A DNA stretch of 64,000 bases. Source: Eledone cirrhosa (lineage: Eukaryota). Of the stretch, positions 11,785 through 25,599 are shown piece after piece. The stretch is from the NCBI GenBank assembly GCA_964016885.1, contig OZ024744.1:16244001-16308000 (forward strand), given 5' to 3'. The translations under genes and the position numbers were made by a program. How positions within the stretch are numbered: position 1 is the first letter of the stretch; each line of letters starts with the position of its first letter. The notes below the pieces were generated by a model, which saw only the letters and a list, made by a program, of their open reading frames with translations, searched no databases and was not told the origin of the DNA.

Positions 11785-14700
11785 TGGAGAAGGAGAGAAT
11801 GAAGGAAGTTGAAGAAGGAGAATCTGAAAGAAGTTGGAGAAGGAGAGTATGAAGGAAGTTGGAGAAGGAGAATCTGAAGGAAGTTGGAGAAAAAGAGTAT
11901 GAAGGAAGTTGGGGAAGAAGGTATGAAGGAAGTTGGAGAAGAAGAATATGAATTAAGTTGGGGAAGAAGGTATGAAAGAAGTTGGAGAAGGAGAATATGA
12001 AGGAAGTTGAAGGAGGAGAATATGAAGGAAGTTGAAGAAGGAAAATATGAAAGAAGTTGGAGAAGGAGAGTATGCAGGAAGTTAGAGAAGGAGAGTATGA
12101 AGTAAGTTGGAGATGGAGAGTATGAAGGAAGATGAATAAGGAGAATATCAAGGAAGTTGGAGAAGGAGAGTGTGATTGAAGTTGGAGTAGGAGAGTATGA
12201 AGGAAGTTGGAGAAGGAGAATATGAAGGAAGTTGGAAAAGGAGAGTATGAAGGAGGTTGGAGGAGGAGAGTATGAAAGAAGTTGGAGATGGAGAATATGA
12301 AGGAAGTTGGAGAAGGATAATATGAAGGAAGTTGGAGGAGGAGAGTATGAAGGAAGTTGGAGAAGGAGAATCTGACGGACGTTGGAGAAGGAGAGTAGGA
12401 AAGAAGTTGGAGAAGGATAATATGAAGGAAGTTGGAAAAGGAGAGTATGAAGGAAGTTGGAGAAAGAGACTATGAAGGAAGTTGGAGAAGGAAAGTATGA
12501 AGGAATTTGGAGAAGGAGAGTATGAAGGAAGTTGGAGAAGGAGATTATGTAGGAAGTTGGAGAAGGAGAGTATGAAGGAAGTTGGAGAAGGAGCGTATGA
12601 AGGAAGTTGGAGAAGTAGAATATGAAGGAAGTTGGGGAAGAAGGTATGAAGGAAGTTGGAGAAGGAGAGTCTGAAGGAAGTTGGAGATGGAGAGTATGAA
12701 GGAAGTTGGAGATGGAGAGTATGAAGGAAGTTGAATAAGGAGAATATCAAGGAAGTTGGAGAAGGAGAGTGTGATTGAAGTTGGAGAAGAAGAGTATGAA
12801 GGAAGTTGGAGAAGGAGAATATGAAGGAAGTTGGAAAAGGAGATTATGAAGGAGGTTGGAGGAGGAGAGTATGAAGGAAGTTGAAGATGGAGAATATGAA
12901 GGAAGTTGGAGAAGGATAATATGAAGGAAGTTGGAGGAAGAAAATATGAAGGAAGTTGGAGGAGGAGAGTATGAAGGAAGTTGGAGAAGCAGAATATGAA
13001 GGAAATTGGAGAAGGAGCGTATGAAGGAAGTTGGAGAAAAAGAATATGAAGGAAGTTGTGGAAGAAGGTATGAAGGAAGTTGGAGAAGGAGAGTATGAAG
13101 AAAGTTGGAGAAGGAGAGTATGAAGGAAGTTGAAGGAAGAAAATATGAAGGAAGTTGGAGGAGGAGAATATGAAGGAATTTGGAGAAGGAGAATATGAAG
13201 GAAGTTGGAGAAGGAAAATATGAAGGATGTTGGAGAAGGATAATATGAAAGAAGTTGGAGAAGGAGAGTATGAAGGAAGTTGGAGAAGGAGAGTATGAAG
13301 GAAGTTGGAGAAGGAGATTATGAAGGAAGTTGGAGAAGGAGTGTATGAAGGAAGTTGGAGAAGGAGCGTATGAAGGAAGTTGAAGAAGAAGAATATGAAG
13401 GAAGTTGAAGAAGGAGAATATGAAGGAAGTTGGAGAAGGAGAGTATGAAGGAAGTTGAATGAAGAAAATATGAAGGAAGTTGGAGGAGAATATGAAGGAT
13501 GTTGGAGAAGGAAAATATGAAGGACGTTGGAGAAGGATAATATGAAAGAAGTTGGAGAAGGAGAGTATGAAGGAAGTTGGAGAAGGAGAGTATGAAGGAA
13601 GTTGGAGAAGGAGAGTATGAAGGAAGTTGGAGAAGGAGCGTATGAAGGAAGTTGCAGAAGGAGATTATGAAGGAAATTGGAGAAGGAGAGTATGAAGGAA
13701 GTTGGAGAAGGAGCGTATGAAGGAAGTTGGAGAAGGGGAGTATGAAGGAAGTTGAAGGAAGAAAATATGAAGGGAGTTGGAGGAGAAGAATATGAAGGAA
13801 TTTGGAGAAGGAAAATATGAAGGATGTTGGAGAAGGATAATATGAAAGAAGTTGGAGAAGGAGAGTATGAAGAAAGTTGAATAAGGAGAATATGAAGGAA
13901 GTTGGAGAAGGAGAGTATGAAGGAAGTTGGATAAGGAGAATATGAAGGAAGTTGGGGAAGAAGGTATGAAGGAAGTTGGAGAAGGAGAGTATGAAGGAAG
14001 TTGAAGGAGGAGAATATGAAGGAAGTTGAAGGAGGAGAATATGAACGAATTTGGAGAAGGAGAGTATGAAGGAAGTTGGAGAATGAGAATCTGAAGGAAG
14101 TTGGAGAAGGAGAGTATGAAGGAAGTTGAAGGAGAAGAATATGAAGGAAGTTGAAGAAAGAGAATCTGAAGGAAGTTGGAGAAGGAGAGTATGAAGGAAG
14201 TTGAAGAAGGAGAATCTGAAGGAAGTTGGAGAAGGAGAATATGAAGGAAGTTGGGGGAGGAGAATATGAAGGAAGTTGAAGGAGGAGAATATGAACGAAG
14301 TTGAAGAAGAAGAATATGAAGGAAGTTGAAGGAGGAGAATATGAAGGAAGTTGAAGAAGGAGAATCAGAAGGATGTTGGAGAAGGAGAGAATGAAGGAAG
14401 TTGAAGAAGGAGAATCTGTAAGAAGTTGGAGAAGGAGAGTATGAAGGAAGTTGGAGAAGGAGAATCTGAAGGAAGTTGGAGAAGGAGAGTATGAAGGAAG
14501 TTGAAGGTGAAGTATATGAAGGAAGTTGAAGAAGGAGAATCTGAAGGAAGTTGGAGAAAAAGAGTATGAAGGAAGTTGGGGAAGAAGGTATGAAGGAAGT
14601 TGGAGAAGAAGAATATGAAGGAAGTTGGGGAAGAAGGTATCAAGGAAGTTGGAGAAGAAGAATATGAATGAAGTTGGGGAAGAAGGTATGAAAGAAGTTG

Positions 14701-17700
14701 GAGAAGGAGAATATGAAGGAAGTTGAAGGAGGAGAATATGAAGGAAGTTGAAGAAGGAAAATATGAAAGAAGTTGGAGAAGGAGAGTATGCAGGAAGTTA
14801 GAGAAGGAGAGTATGAAGGAAGTTGGGGAAGAAGGTATGAAGGAAGTTGGAGAAGGAGAGTCTGAAGGAAGTTGGAGATGGAGAGTATGAAGTAAGTTGA
14901 AGAAAGAGAGTATGAAGGAAGTTGGAGAAGTAGAGTATGAAGGAAGTTGGAGATGGAGAGTATGAAGGAAGTTGAGTAAGGAGAATATCAAGGAAGTTGG
15001 AGAAGGAGAGTGTGATTGAAGTTGGAGAAGAAGAGTATGAAGGAAGTTGGAGAAGGAGAATATGAAGGAAGTTGGAAAAGGAGAGTATGAAGGAGGTTGG
15101 AGGAGGAGAGTATGAAGGAAGTTGGAGATGGAGAATATGAAGGAAGTTGGAGAAGGAAAATATGAAGGATGTTGGAGAAGGAGAGTATGAAGGAAGTTGT
15201 AGAAGGAGAGGATGAAGGAAGTTGGAGAAGGAGATTATGAAGGAAGTTGGAGAAGGAGAGTATGAAGGAAGTTGGAGAAGGAGCGTATGAAGGAAGTTGG
15301 AGAAGGAGAGTATGAAGAAAGTTGAATAAGGAGAACATGAAGGAAGTTGGAGAAGGAGAGTATGAAGGAAGTTGGAGAAGAAGAATATGAAGGAAGTTGG
15401 GGAAGAAGGTATGAAGGAAGTTGAAGGAAGAAAATATGAAGGAAGTTGGAGAAGGAGAGTATGAAGGAAGTTGGAGAAGGAGAAGTATGAAGGAAGTTGA
15501 AGAAGTAGATTATGAAGGAAGTTGGAGAAGAAGAGTATGAAGGAAGTTGAAGGAGGAGAACATGAAGGAAGTTGAAGAAGGAGAATCTGAAGGAAGTTGG
15601 AGAAGGAGAGTATGAAGGAAGTTGAAGGAGGAGAATATGAAGGAAGTTGAAGTAGGAGAATATGAACGAATTTGGAGAAGGAGAGTATGAAGGAAGTTGG
15701 AGAATGAGAATCTGAACGAAGTTGGAGAAGGAGAGTATGAAGTAAGTTGGAGAAGGAGAATCTGTAGGAAGTTGGAGAAGGAGAGTATGAAGGAAGTTGA
15801 AGAAGGAGAATCTGAAGGAAGTTGGAGAAGGAGAGTATGAAGGAAGTTGGGGGAGGAGAATATGAAGGAAGTTGAAGGAGGAGAATATGAACGAAGTTGA
15901 AGAAGGAGAATATGAAGGAAGTTGAAGGGGGAGAATATGAAGGAAGTTGAAGATGGAGAATCAGAAGGAAGTTGGAGAAGGAGAGAATGAAGGAAGTTGA
16001 AGCAGGAGAATCTGAAGGAAGTTGGAAAAGGAGAGTATGAAGGAAGTTGGAGAAGAAGAACCTGAAGGAAGTTGGAGAAAGAGAGTATGATGGAAGTTGA
16101 AGCAGGAGAATATGAAGGAAGTTGGAGGAGGAGAGTATGAAGGAAGTTGGAGAAGAATCTGAAGGAAGTTGGAGAAGGAGAGTATGAAGGAAGTTGAAGG
16201 ACAAGAATATGAAGGAAGTTGAAGGAGAATCTGAAGGAAGTTGGAGAAGGAGAATATGAAGGAAGTTGAAGAAGGAGAATCTGAAGGAAGTTGGAGATGG
16301 AGAGTATGAAGGAAGTTAGAGAAAGAGAATATGAAGGAAATTGAAGGAAGAGTATATGAACGAAGTTGGAGAAGGAGAATATGAAGGAAGTTGAAGGAGA
16401 AGAATATGAAGGAAGTTGAAGAAGGAGAATCAGAAGGAAGTTGGAGAAGGAGAGTATGAAGGAAGTTGAAGAAGGAGAATCTGAAAGAAGTTGGAGAAGG
16501 AGAGTATGAAAGAAGTTGGAGAAGGAGAGTATGAAGGAAGTTGAAGAAGGAGAATCTAAAGGAAGTTGGAGGAGAGTATGAAGGAAGTTGGAGAAAGAGA
16601 GTATGAAGGAAGTTGAAGGAGGAGTATATGAACGAAGTTGGAGATGGAGAATATGAAGAAAGTTGAAGTAGGAGAATATGAAGTAAGTTGAAGAAGGAGA
16701 ATCAGAAGGAAGTTGGAGAAGGAGGATATGAAGGAAGTTGAAGGAGCAGAATATGAAGGAAGATGGAGAAGGAGAGTATGAAGGAAGTTGGAGAAGGAGA
16801 ATATGAAGGAATTTGGAGAAGGAGAGTATGAAGGAAGTTGGAGAAGGAGAATATGAAGAAAGTTGAAGGAGGAGAATATGAAGGAAGTTGGAGGAGGAGA
16901 GTATGAAGGAAGTTGGAGAAGGAGAGTATGAAGGAGGTTGGAGAAGGAGAATATGAAGGAAGTTGGAGAAGGAGAGTATGAAGGAGCTTGGAATTGTAGA
17001 GTATGAAGGAAGTTAGAGAAGGATAATATGAAGGAAGTTGGAGAAGCAGAGTATGAAGGATGTTGGAGAAGGAGAGTATGAAGGAAGTTGAAGAAGGAGA
17101 GTATGAAGGAAGTTTGAGAAGGAGAATATGAAGGAAGTTGGAGGAGGAGAGTATGAAGGAAGTTGGAGAAGGAGAATCTGACGGACGTTGGAGAAGGAGA
17201 GTAGGAAAGAAGTTGGAGAAGGATAATATGAAGGAAGTTGGATAAGGAGAATATGAAGGAAGTTGAAGGAGGAGAATATTAAAGAAGTTGGAAAAGGAGA
17301 GTATGAAGGAAGTTGGAGAAAGAGAATCTGAAGGAAGTTGGAGAAGGAGAGTATGAAGGAAGTTGGAGAAGGAGACTATGAAGGAAGTTGGAGAAGGAAA
17401 GTATGAAGGATGTTGGAGAAGGAGAGTATGAAGGAAGTTGGAGAAGGGGATTATGAAGTAAGTTGGAGAAGGCGAGTATGAAGGAAGTTGGAGAAGGAGC
17501 GTATGATGGAAGTTGGAGAAGGAGAGTATGAAGGGGGCTGGAGGAGGAGAATATGAAGGAAGTTGGAGAAGGAGAGTATGAAGGAAGTTGGAGAAGTAGA
17601 ATATGCAGGAAGTTGGGGAAGAAGGTATGAAGGAAGTTGGAGAAGGAGAGTCTGAAGGAAGTTGGAGATGGAGAGTATGAAGGAAGTTGAAGAAGGAGAG

Positions 17701-20700
17701 TATGAAGGAAGTTGGAGAAGTAGAGTATGAAGGAAGTTGGAGATGGAGAGTATGAAAGAAGTTGAATAAGGAGAATATCAAGGAAGTTGAAGAAGGAGAA
17801 TATGAAGGAAGTTGGAGAAGGAGAGTATGAAGGAAGTTGAAGGAGAAGAATATGAAGGAAGTTGAAGGAGGAGAATATCAAGGAAGTTGGAAAAGGAGAT
17901 TATTAAGGAGGTTGGAGGAGGAGAGTATGAAGGAAGTTGGAGATGGAGAATATGAAGGAAGTTGGAGAAGGAGAGTATGAAGGAAGTTGGAGAAGGAAAG
18001 TATGAAGGAAGTTGAAGGGAGAAAATTTGAAGGAAGTTGGAGAAGGAGAGTATAAAGGAAGTTGGAGAAGGAGAATATGAAGGAAGTTGAAGAAGGAGAA
18101 TATGAAGGAAGTTGCAGAAGGATAATATGAAGGAAGTTGGAGAAGGAGAGTATGAAGGAAGTTGGAGAAGGCGAGTATGAAGGAAATTGGAGAAGGAGAG
18201 TATGAAGGAGATTGGAGGAGGAGAGTATGAAGGAAGTTGGAGAAGCAGAATATGAAGGAAATTGGAGAAGGAGCGTATGAAGGAAGTTGGAGAAAAAGAA
18301 TATGAAGGAAGTTGTGGAAGAAGGTATGAAGGAAGTTGGAGAAGGAGAGTATGAAGAAAGTTGGAGAAGGAGAGTATGAAGAAAGTTGAAGGAAGAAAAT
18401 ATGAAGGAAGTTGGAGGAGGAGAATATGAAGGAAGTTGGAGAAGGAGAATATGAAGGAATTTGGAGGAGGAAAATATGAAGGATGTTGGAGAAGGATAAT
18501 ATGAAAGAAGTTGGAGAAGGAGAGTATGAAGGAAGTTGGAGAAGGAGATTATGAAGGAAGTTGGAGAAGGAGAGTATGAAGGAAGTTGGAGAAGGAGCGT
18601 ATGAAGGAAGTTGAAGGAGGAGAATATGAAGGAAGTTGAAGAAGCAGAATATGAAGGAAGTTAGAGAAGGAGAGTATGAAGGAAGTTGAATGAAGAAAAT
18701 ATGAAGGAAGTTGGAGGAGAATATGAAGGAAGTTGGAGAAGGAAAATATGAAGGACGTTGGAGAAGGATAATATGAAAAAAGTTGGAGTAGGAGAGTATG
18801 AAGGAAGTTGGAGAAGGAGAGTATGAAGGAAGTTGGAGAAGGAGAGTATGAAGGAAGTTGGAGAAGGAGCGTATGAAGGAAGTTGGAGAAGGAGATTATG
18901 AAGGAAGTTGGAGAAGGAGAGTATGAAGGAAGTTGGAGAAGGAGCGTATGAAGGAAGTTGGAGAAGGGGAGTATGAAGGAAGTTGAAGAAGGAGAATCTG
19001 AAGGAAGTTGGAGAAGGAGAGTATGAACGAAGTTGAAGAAGGAGAATATGAAGGAAGTTGAAGAAGGAGAATCAGAAGGAAGTTGGAGAAGGAGAGAATG
19101 AAGGAAGTTGAAGAAGGAGAATCTGAAAGAAGTTGGAGAAGGAGAGTATGAAGGAAGTTGGAGAAGGAGAATCTGAAGGAAGTTGGAGAAGGAGAGTATG
19201 AAGGAAGTTGAATGTGAAGTATATGAAGGAAGTTGAAGAAGGAGAATCTGAAGGAAGTTGGAGAAAAAGAGTATGAAGGAAGTTGGGGAAGAAGGTATGA
19301 AGGAAGTTGGAGAAGAAGAATATGAATTAAGTTGGGGAAGAATGTATGAAAGAAGTTGGAGGAGGAGAATATGAAGGAAGTTGAAGGAGGAGAATATGAA
19401 GGAAGTTGAAGAAGGAAAATATGAAAGAAGTTGGAGAAGGAGAGTATGCAGGAAGTTAGAGAAGGAGAGTATGATGTAAGTTGGAGATGGAGAGTATGAA
19501 GGAAGTTGAATAAGGAGAATATCAAGGAAGTTGGAGAAGGAGAGTGTGATTGAAGTTGGAGACGGAGAGTATGAAGGAAGTTGGAGAAGGAGAATATGAA
19601 GGAAGTTGGAAAAGGAGAGTATGAAGCAGGTTGGAGGAGGAGAGTATGAAAGAAGTTGGAGATGGAGTATATGAAGGAAGTTGGAGAAGGATAATATGAA
19701 GGAAGTTGGAGGAGGAGAGTATGAAGGAAGTTGGAGAAGGAGAATCTGACGGACGTTGGAGAAGGAGAGTAGGAAAGAAGTTGGAAAAGGATAATATGAA
19801 GGAAGTTGAAGGAGGAGAATATTAAAGAAGTTGGAAAAGGAGAGTATGAAGGAAGTTGGAGAAAGAGAATCTGAAGGAAGTTGGAGAAGGAGAGTATGAA
19901 GGAATTTGGAGAAGGAGATTATGTAGGAAGTTGGAGAAGGAGAGTATGAAGGAAGTTGGAGAAAGAGCGTATGATGGAAGTTGGAGAAGGAGATTATGAA
20001 GGAAGTTGAATAAGGAGAATATGAAGGAAGTTGGAGAAGGAGAGTATGAAGGAAGTTGAAGAAGGAGAGTATGAAGGGGGCTGGAGGAGGAGAATATGAA
20101 GGAAGTTGGAGAAGGAGAGTATGAAGGAAGTTGGAGAAGTAGAATATGAAGGAAGTTGGGGAAGAAGGTATGAAGGAAGTTGGAGAAGGAGAGTCTGAAG
20201 GAAGTTGGAGATGGAGAGTATGAAGGAAGTTGAAGAAGGAGAGTATGAAGGAAGTTGGAGAAGTAGAGTATGAAGGAAGTTGGAGAAGAAGAGTATGAAG
20301 GAAGTTGGAGAAGGAGAATATGAAGGAAGTTGGAAAAGGAGAGTATAAAGGAGGTTGGAGGAGAAGAGTATGAAGGAAGTTGGAGATGGAGAATAGGAAG
20401 GAAGTTGGAGAAGGATAATATGAAGGAAGTTGGAGAAGGAGTGTATGAAGGAAGTTGGAGAAGGAGAATATGAAGGAAGTTGAAGGAGGAGAATATGAAG
20501 GAAGTTGAAGAAGGAGAATATGAAGGAAGTTGGAGAAGGAGAGTATGAAGGAAGTTGAAGGAAGAAAATATGAAGGAAGTTGGTGAAGGAGAGTATGAAG
20601 GAAGTTGGAGAAGGAGAATATGAAGGAAGTTGAAGAAGGAGAATATGAAGGAAGTTGCAGAAGGATAATATGAAGGAAGTTGGAGAAGGAGAGTATGAAG

Positions 20701-21192
20701 GAAGTTGGAGAAGGCGAGTATGAAGGAAATTGGAGAAGGAGAGTATGAAGGAGGTTGGAGGAGGAGAGTATGAAGGAATTTGGAGAAGGAGAATATGAAG
20801 GAAATTGGAGAAGGAGCGTATGAAGGAAGTTGGAGAAAAAGAATATGAAGGAATTTGTGGAAGAAGGTATGAAGGAAGTTGGGGAAGGAGAGTATGAAGA
20901 AAGTTGGAGAAGGAGAGTATGAAGGAAGTTGAAGGAAGAAAATATGAAGGAAGTTGGAGGAGGAGAATATGAAGGAAGTTGGAGAAGGAGAATATGAAGG
21001 AAGTTGGAGAAGGAAAATATGAAGGATGTTGGAGAAGGATAATATGAAAGAAGTTGGAGAAGGAGAGTATGAAGGAAGTTTGAGAAGGAGATTATGAAGG
21101 AAGTTGGAGAAGGAGAGTATGAAGGAAGTTGGAGAAGGAGCGTATGAAGGAAGTTGAAGGAGGAGAATATGAAGGAAGTTGAAGAAGGAGAA
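11785..21192 (+). repeat. ~12 kb higher-order repeat, copy 2 (truncated; equivalent to 1-~9233)
   Basis: Same order of rare variants as copy 1, e.g. TCTGTAAGAAG at 2531 and 14415, GCGT at 9181 and 21140. Colinearity ends at ~21192. Confidence 0.9.
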
Positions 21193-23975
21193 TCTGTAGG
21201 AAGTTGGAGAAGGAGAGTATGAAGGAAGTTGAAGAAGGAGAATCTGAAGGAAGTTGGAGAAGGAGAGTATGAAGGAAGTTGAAGAAGGAGAATCTGAAGG
21301 AAGTTGGAGAAGGAGAGTATGAAGGAAGTTGGGGGAGGAGAATATGAAGGAAGTTGAAGGAGGAGAATATGAACGAAGTTGAAGAAGGAGAATATGAAGG
21401 AAGTTGAAGGGGGAGAATATGAAGGAAGTTGAAGATGGAGAATCAGAAGGAAGTTGGAGAAGGAGAGAATGAAGGAAGTTGAAGCAGGAGAATCTGAAGG
21501 AAGTTGGAAAAGGAGAGTATGAAGGAAGTTGGAGAAGAAGAACCTGAAGGAAGTTGGAGAAAGAGAGTATGATGGAAGTTGAAGCAGGAGAATATGAAGG
21601 AAGTTGGAGGAGGAGAGTATGAAGGAAGTTGGAGAAGAATCTGAAGGAAGTTGGAGAAGGAGAGTATGAAGGAAGTTGAAGGACAAGAATATGAAGGAAG
21701 TTGAAGGAGAATCTGAAGGAAGTTGGAGAAGGAGAATATGAAGGAAGTTGAAGAAGGAGAATCTGAAGGAAGTTGGAGATGGAGAGTATGAAGGAAGTTA
21801 GAGAAAGAGAATATGAAGGAAATTGAAGGAAGAGTATATGAACGAAGTTGGAGAAGGAGAATATGAAGGAAGTTGAAGGAGAAGAATATGAAGGAAGTTG
21901 AAGAAGGAGAATCAGAAGGAAGTTGGAGAAGGAGAGTATGAAGGAAGTTGAAGAAGGAGAATCTGAAAGAAGTTGGAGAAGGAGAGTATGAAAGAAGTTG
22001 GAGAAGGAGAGTATGAAGGAAGTTGAAGAAGGAGAATCTAAAGGAAGTTGGAGGAGAGTATGAAGGAAGTTGGAGAAAGAGAGTATGAAGGAAGTTGAAG
22101 GAGGAGTATATGAACGAAGTTGGAGATGGAGAATATGAAGAAAGTTGAAGTAGGAGAATATGAAGTAAGTTGAAGAAGGAGAATCAGAAGGAAGTTGGAG
22201 AAGGAGGATATGAAGGAAGTTGAAGGAGCAGAATATGAAGGAAGATGGAGAAGGAGAGTATGAAGGAAGTTGGAGAAGGAGAATATGAAGGAATTTGGAG
22301 AAGGAGAGTATGAAGGAAGTTGGAGAAGGAGAATATGAAGAAAGTTGAAGGAGGAGAATATGAAGGAAGTTGGAGGAGGAGAGTATGAAGGAAGTTGGAG
22401 AAGGAGAGTATGAAGGAGGTTGGAGAAGGAGAATATGAAGGAAGTTGGAGAAGGAGAGTATGAAGGAGCTTGGAATTGTAGAGTATGAAGGAAGTTAGAG
22501 AAGGATAATATGAAGGAAGTTGGAGAAGCAGAGTATGAAGGATGTTGGAGAAGGAGAGTATGAAGGAAGTTGAAGAAGGAGAGTATGAAGGAAGTTTGAG
22601 AAGGAGAATATGAAGGAAGTTGGAGGAGGAGAGTATGAAGGAAGTTGGAGAAGGAGAATCTGACGGACGTTGGAGAAGGAGAGTAGGAAAGAAGTTGGAG
22701 AAGGATAATATGAAGGAAGTTGGATAAGGAGAATATGAAGGAAGTTGAAGGAGGAGAATATTAAAGAAGTTGGAAAAGGAGAGTATGAAGGAAGTTGGAG
22801 AAAGAGAATCTGAAGGAAGTTGGAGAAGGAGAGTATGAAGGAAGTTGGAGAAGGAGACTATGAAGGAAGTTGGAGAAGGAAAGTATGAAGGATGTTGGAG
22901 AAGGAGAGTATGAAGGAAGTTGGAGAAGGGGATTATGAAGTAAGTTGGAGAAGGCGAGTATGAAGGAAGTTGGAGAAGGAGCGTATGATGGAAGTTGGAG
23001 AAGGAGATTATGAAGGAAGTTGAATAAGGAGAATATGAAGGAAGTTGGAGAAGGAGAGTATGAAGGAAGTTGGAGAAGGAGAGTATGAAGGGGGCTGGAG
23101 GAGGAGAATATGAAGGAAGTTGGAGAAGGAGAGTATGAAGGAAGTTGGAGAAGTAGAATATGTAGGAAGTTGGGGAAGAAGGTATGAAGGAAGTTGGAGA
23201 AGGAGAGTCTGAAGGAAGTTGGAGATGGAGAGTATGAAGGAAGTTGAAGAAGGAGAGTATGAAGGAAGTTGGAGAAGTAGAGTATGAAGGAAGTTGGAGA
23301 TGGAGAGTATGAAAGAAGTTGAATAAGGAGAATATCAAGGAAGTTGAAGAAGGAGAATATGAAGGAAGTTGGAGAAGGAGAGTATGAAGGAAGTTGAAGG
23401 AGAAGAATATGAAGGAAGTTGAAGGAGGAGAATATCAAGGAAGTTGGAAAAGGAGATTATGAAGGAGGTTGGAGGAGGAGAGTATGAAGGAAGTTGGAGA
23501 TGGAGAATATGAAGGAAGTTGGAGAAGGAGAGTATGAAGGAAGTTGGAGAAGGAAAGTATGAAGGAAGTTGAAGGGAGAAAATTTGAAGGAAGTTGGAGA
23601 AGGAGAGTATAAAGGAAGTTGGAGAAGGAGAATATGAAGGAAGTTGAAGAAGGAGAATATGAAGGAAGTTGCAGAAGGATAATATGAAGGAAGTTGGAGA
23701 AGGAGAGTATGAAGGAAGTTGGAGAAGGCGAGTATGAAGGAAATTGGAGAAGGAGAGTATGAAGGAGATTGGAGGAGGAGAGTATGAAGGAAGTTGGAGA
23801 AGCAGAATATGAAGGAAATTGGAGAAGGAGCGTATGAAGGAAGTTGGAGAAAAAGAATATGAAGGAAGTTGTGGAAGAAGGTATGAAGGAAGTTGGAGAA
23901 GGAGAGTATGAAGAAAGTTGGAGAAGGAGAGTATGAAGAAAGTTGAAGGAAGAAAATATGAAGGAAGTTGGAGGA
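21193..23975 (+). repeat. Re-duplication of ~15760-18420 (offset 5432 to 5557)
   Basis: TCTGTAGG at 15761 and 21193. TCTAAAGG at 16555 and 22037. Pseudo-ORF coordinates 16204/21686, 16702/22184 and 17279/22761 give offset 5482; 17881/23438 gives 5557. Confidence 0.88.
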
Positions 23976-24890
23976 GGAGATTATGAAGGAAGTTGGAGAA
24001 GGAAAATATGAAGGATGTTGGAGAAGGATAATATGAAGGAAGTTGGAGAAGGAGAGTATGAAGGAAGTTGTAGAAGGAGCGTATGAAGGAAATTGGGGAA
24101 GGAGATTATGAAGGAAGTTGGAGAAGGAGAGTATGAAGGAAGTTGGAGAAGGAGCGTATGAAGGAAGTTGGAGAAGGAGAGTATGAAGGAAGTTGAAGGA
24201 AGAAAATATGAAGGAAGTTGGAGGAGGAGAATATGAAGGAATTTGGAGAAGGAAAATATGAAGGATGTTGGAGAAGGATAATATGAAAGAAGTTGGAGAA
24301 GGAGAGTATGAAGAAAGTTGAATAAGGAGAATATGAAGGAAGTTGGAGAAGGAGAGTATGAAGGAAGTTGGAGAAGGAGAATATGAAGGAAGTTGGGGAA
24401 GAAGGTATGAAGGAAGTTGGAGAAGGAGAGTATGAAGGAAGTTGGAGAAGGAGAGTATGAAGGAAGTTGGAGAAGGAGAGTATGAAGGAAGTTGAAGAAG
24501 GAGAATCTGAAGGAAGTTGGAGAAAGAGAGTATGAAGGAAGTTGAAGGAGGAGAATATGAAGGAAGTTGAAGGAGGAGAATATGAACGAATTTGGGGAAG
24601 GAGAGTATGAAGGAAGTTGGAGAAGGAGAATCTGAAGGAAGTTGGAGAAGGAGAGTATGAAGGAAGTTGAAGGAGAAGAATATGAAGGAAGTTGAAGAAA
24701 GAGAATCTGAAGGAAGTTGGAGAAGGAGAGTATGAAGGAAGTTGAAGAAGGAGAATCCGAAGGAAGTTGGAGAAGGAGAGTGTGAAGGAAGTTGGGGGAG
24801 GAGAATATGAAGGAAGTTGAAGGAGGAGAATATGAACGAAGATGAAGAAGGAGAATATGAAGGAAGTTGAAGGAGGAGAATATGAAGGAA
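23976..24890 (+). repeat. Copy of ~9300-10210 (offset 14676)
   Basis: Pseudo-ORF ends at 9430 and 24106. The series GTTGTAGAAGGAGCG, GGGGAAGGAGATTATG, TCCGAAGG, GAACGAAGATG is shared in the same order. Confidence 0.8.
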
Positions 24891-25599
24891 GTTGAAGAAG
24901 GAGAATCTGAAGGAAGTTGGAGAAGGAGAGTATGAAGGAAGTTGAAGGTGAAGTATATGAAGGAAGTTGAAGAAGGAGAATCTGAAGGAAGTTGGAGAAA
25001 AAGAGTATGAAGGAAGTTGGGGAAGAAGGTATGAAGGAAGTTGGAGAAGAAGAATATGAAGGAAGTTGGGGAAGAAGGTATGAAGGAAGTTGGAGAAGAA
25101 GAATATGAATGAAGTTGGGGAAGAAGGTATGAAAGAAGTTGGAGAAGGAGAATATGAAGGAAATTGAAGGAGGAGAATATGAAGGAAGTTGAAGAAGGAA
25201 AATATGAAAGAAGTTGGAGAAGGAGAGTATGCAGGAAGTTAGAGAAGGAGAGTATGAAGGAAGTTGGAGATGGAGTGTATGAAGGAAGTTGAATAAGGAG
25301 AATATCAAGGAAGTTGGAGAAGGAGAGTGTGATTGAAGTTGGAGAAGGAGAGTATGAAGGAAGTTGGAGAAGGAGAATATGAAGGAAGTTGGAAAAGGAG
25401 AGTATGAAGGAGGTTGGAGGAGGAGAGTATGAAAGAAGTTGGAGATGGAGAACATGAAGGATGTTGGAGAAGGATAATATGAGGGAAGTTGGAGAAGGAG
25501 TGTATGAAGGAAGTTGGAGAAGGAGAATATGAAGGAAGTTGAAGGAGGAGAATATGAAGGAAGTTGAAGAAGGAGAATATGAAGGAAGTTGGAGAAGGA

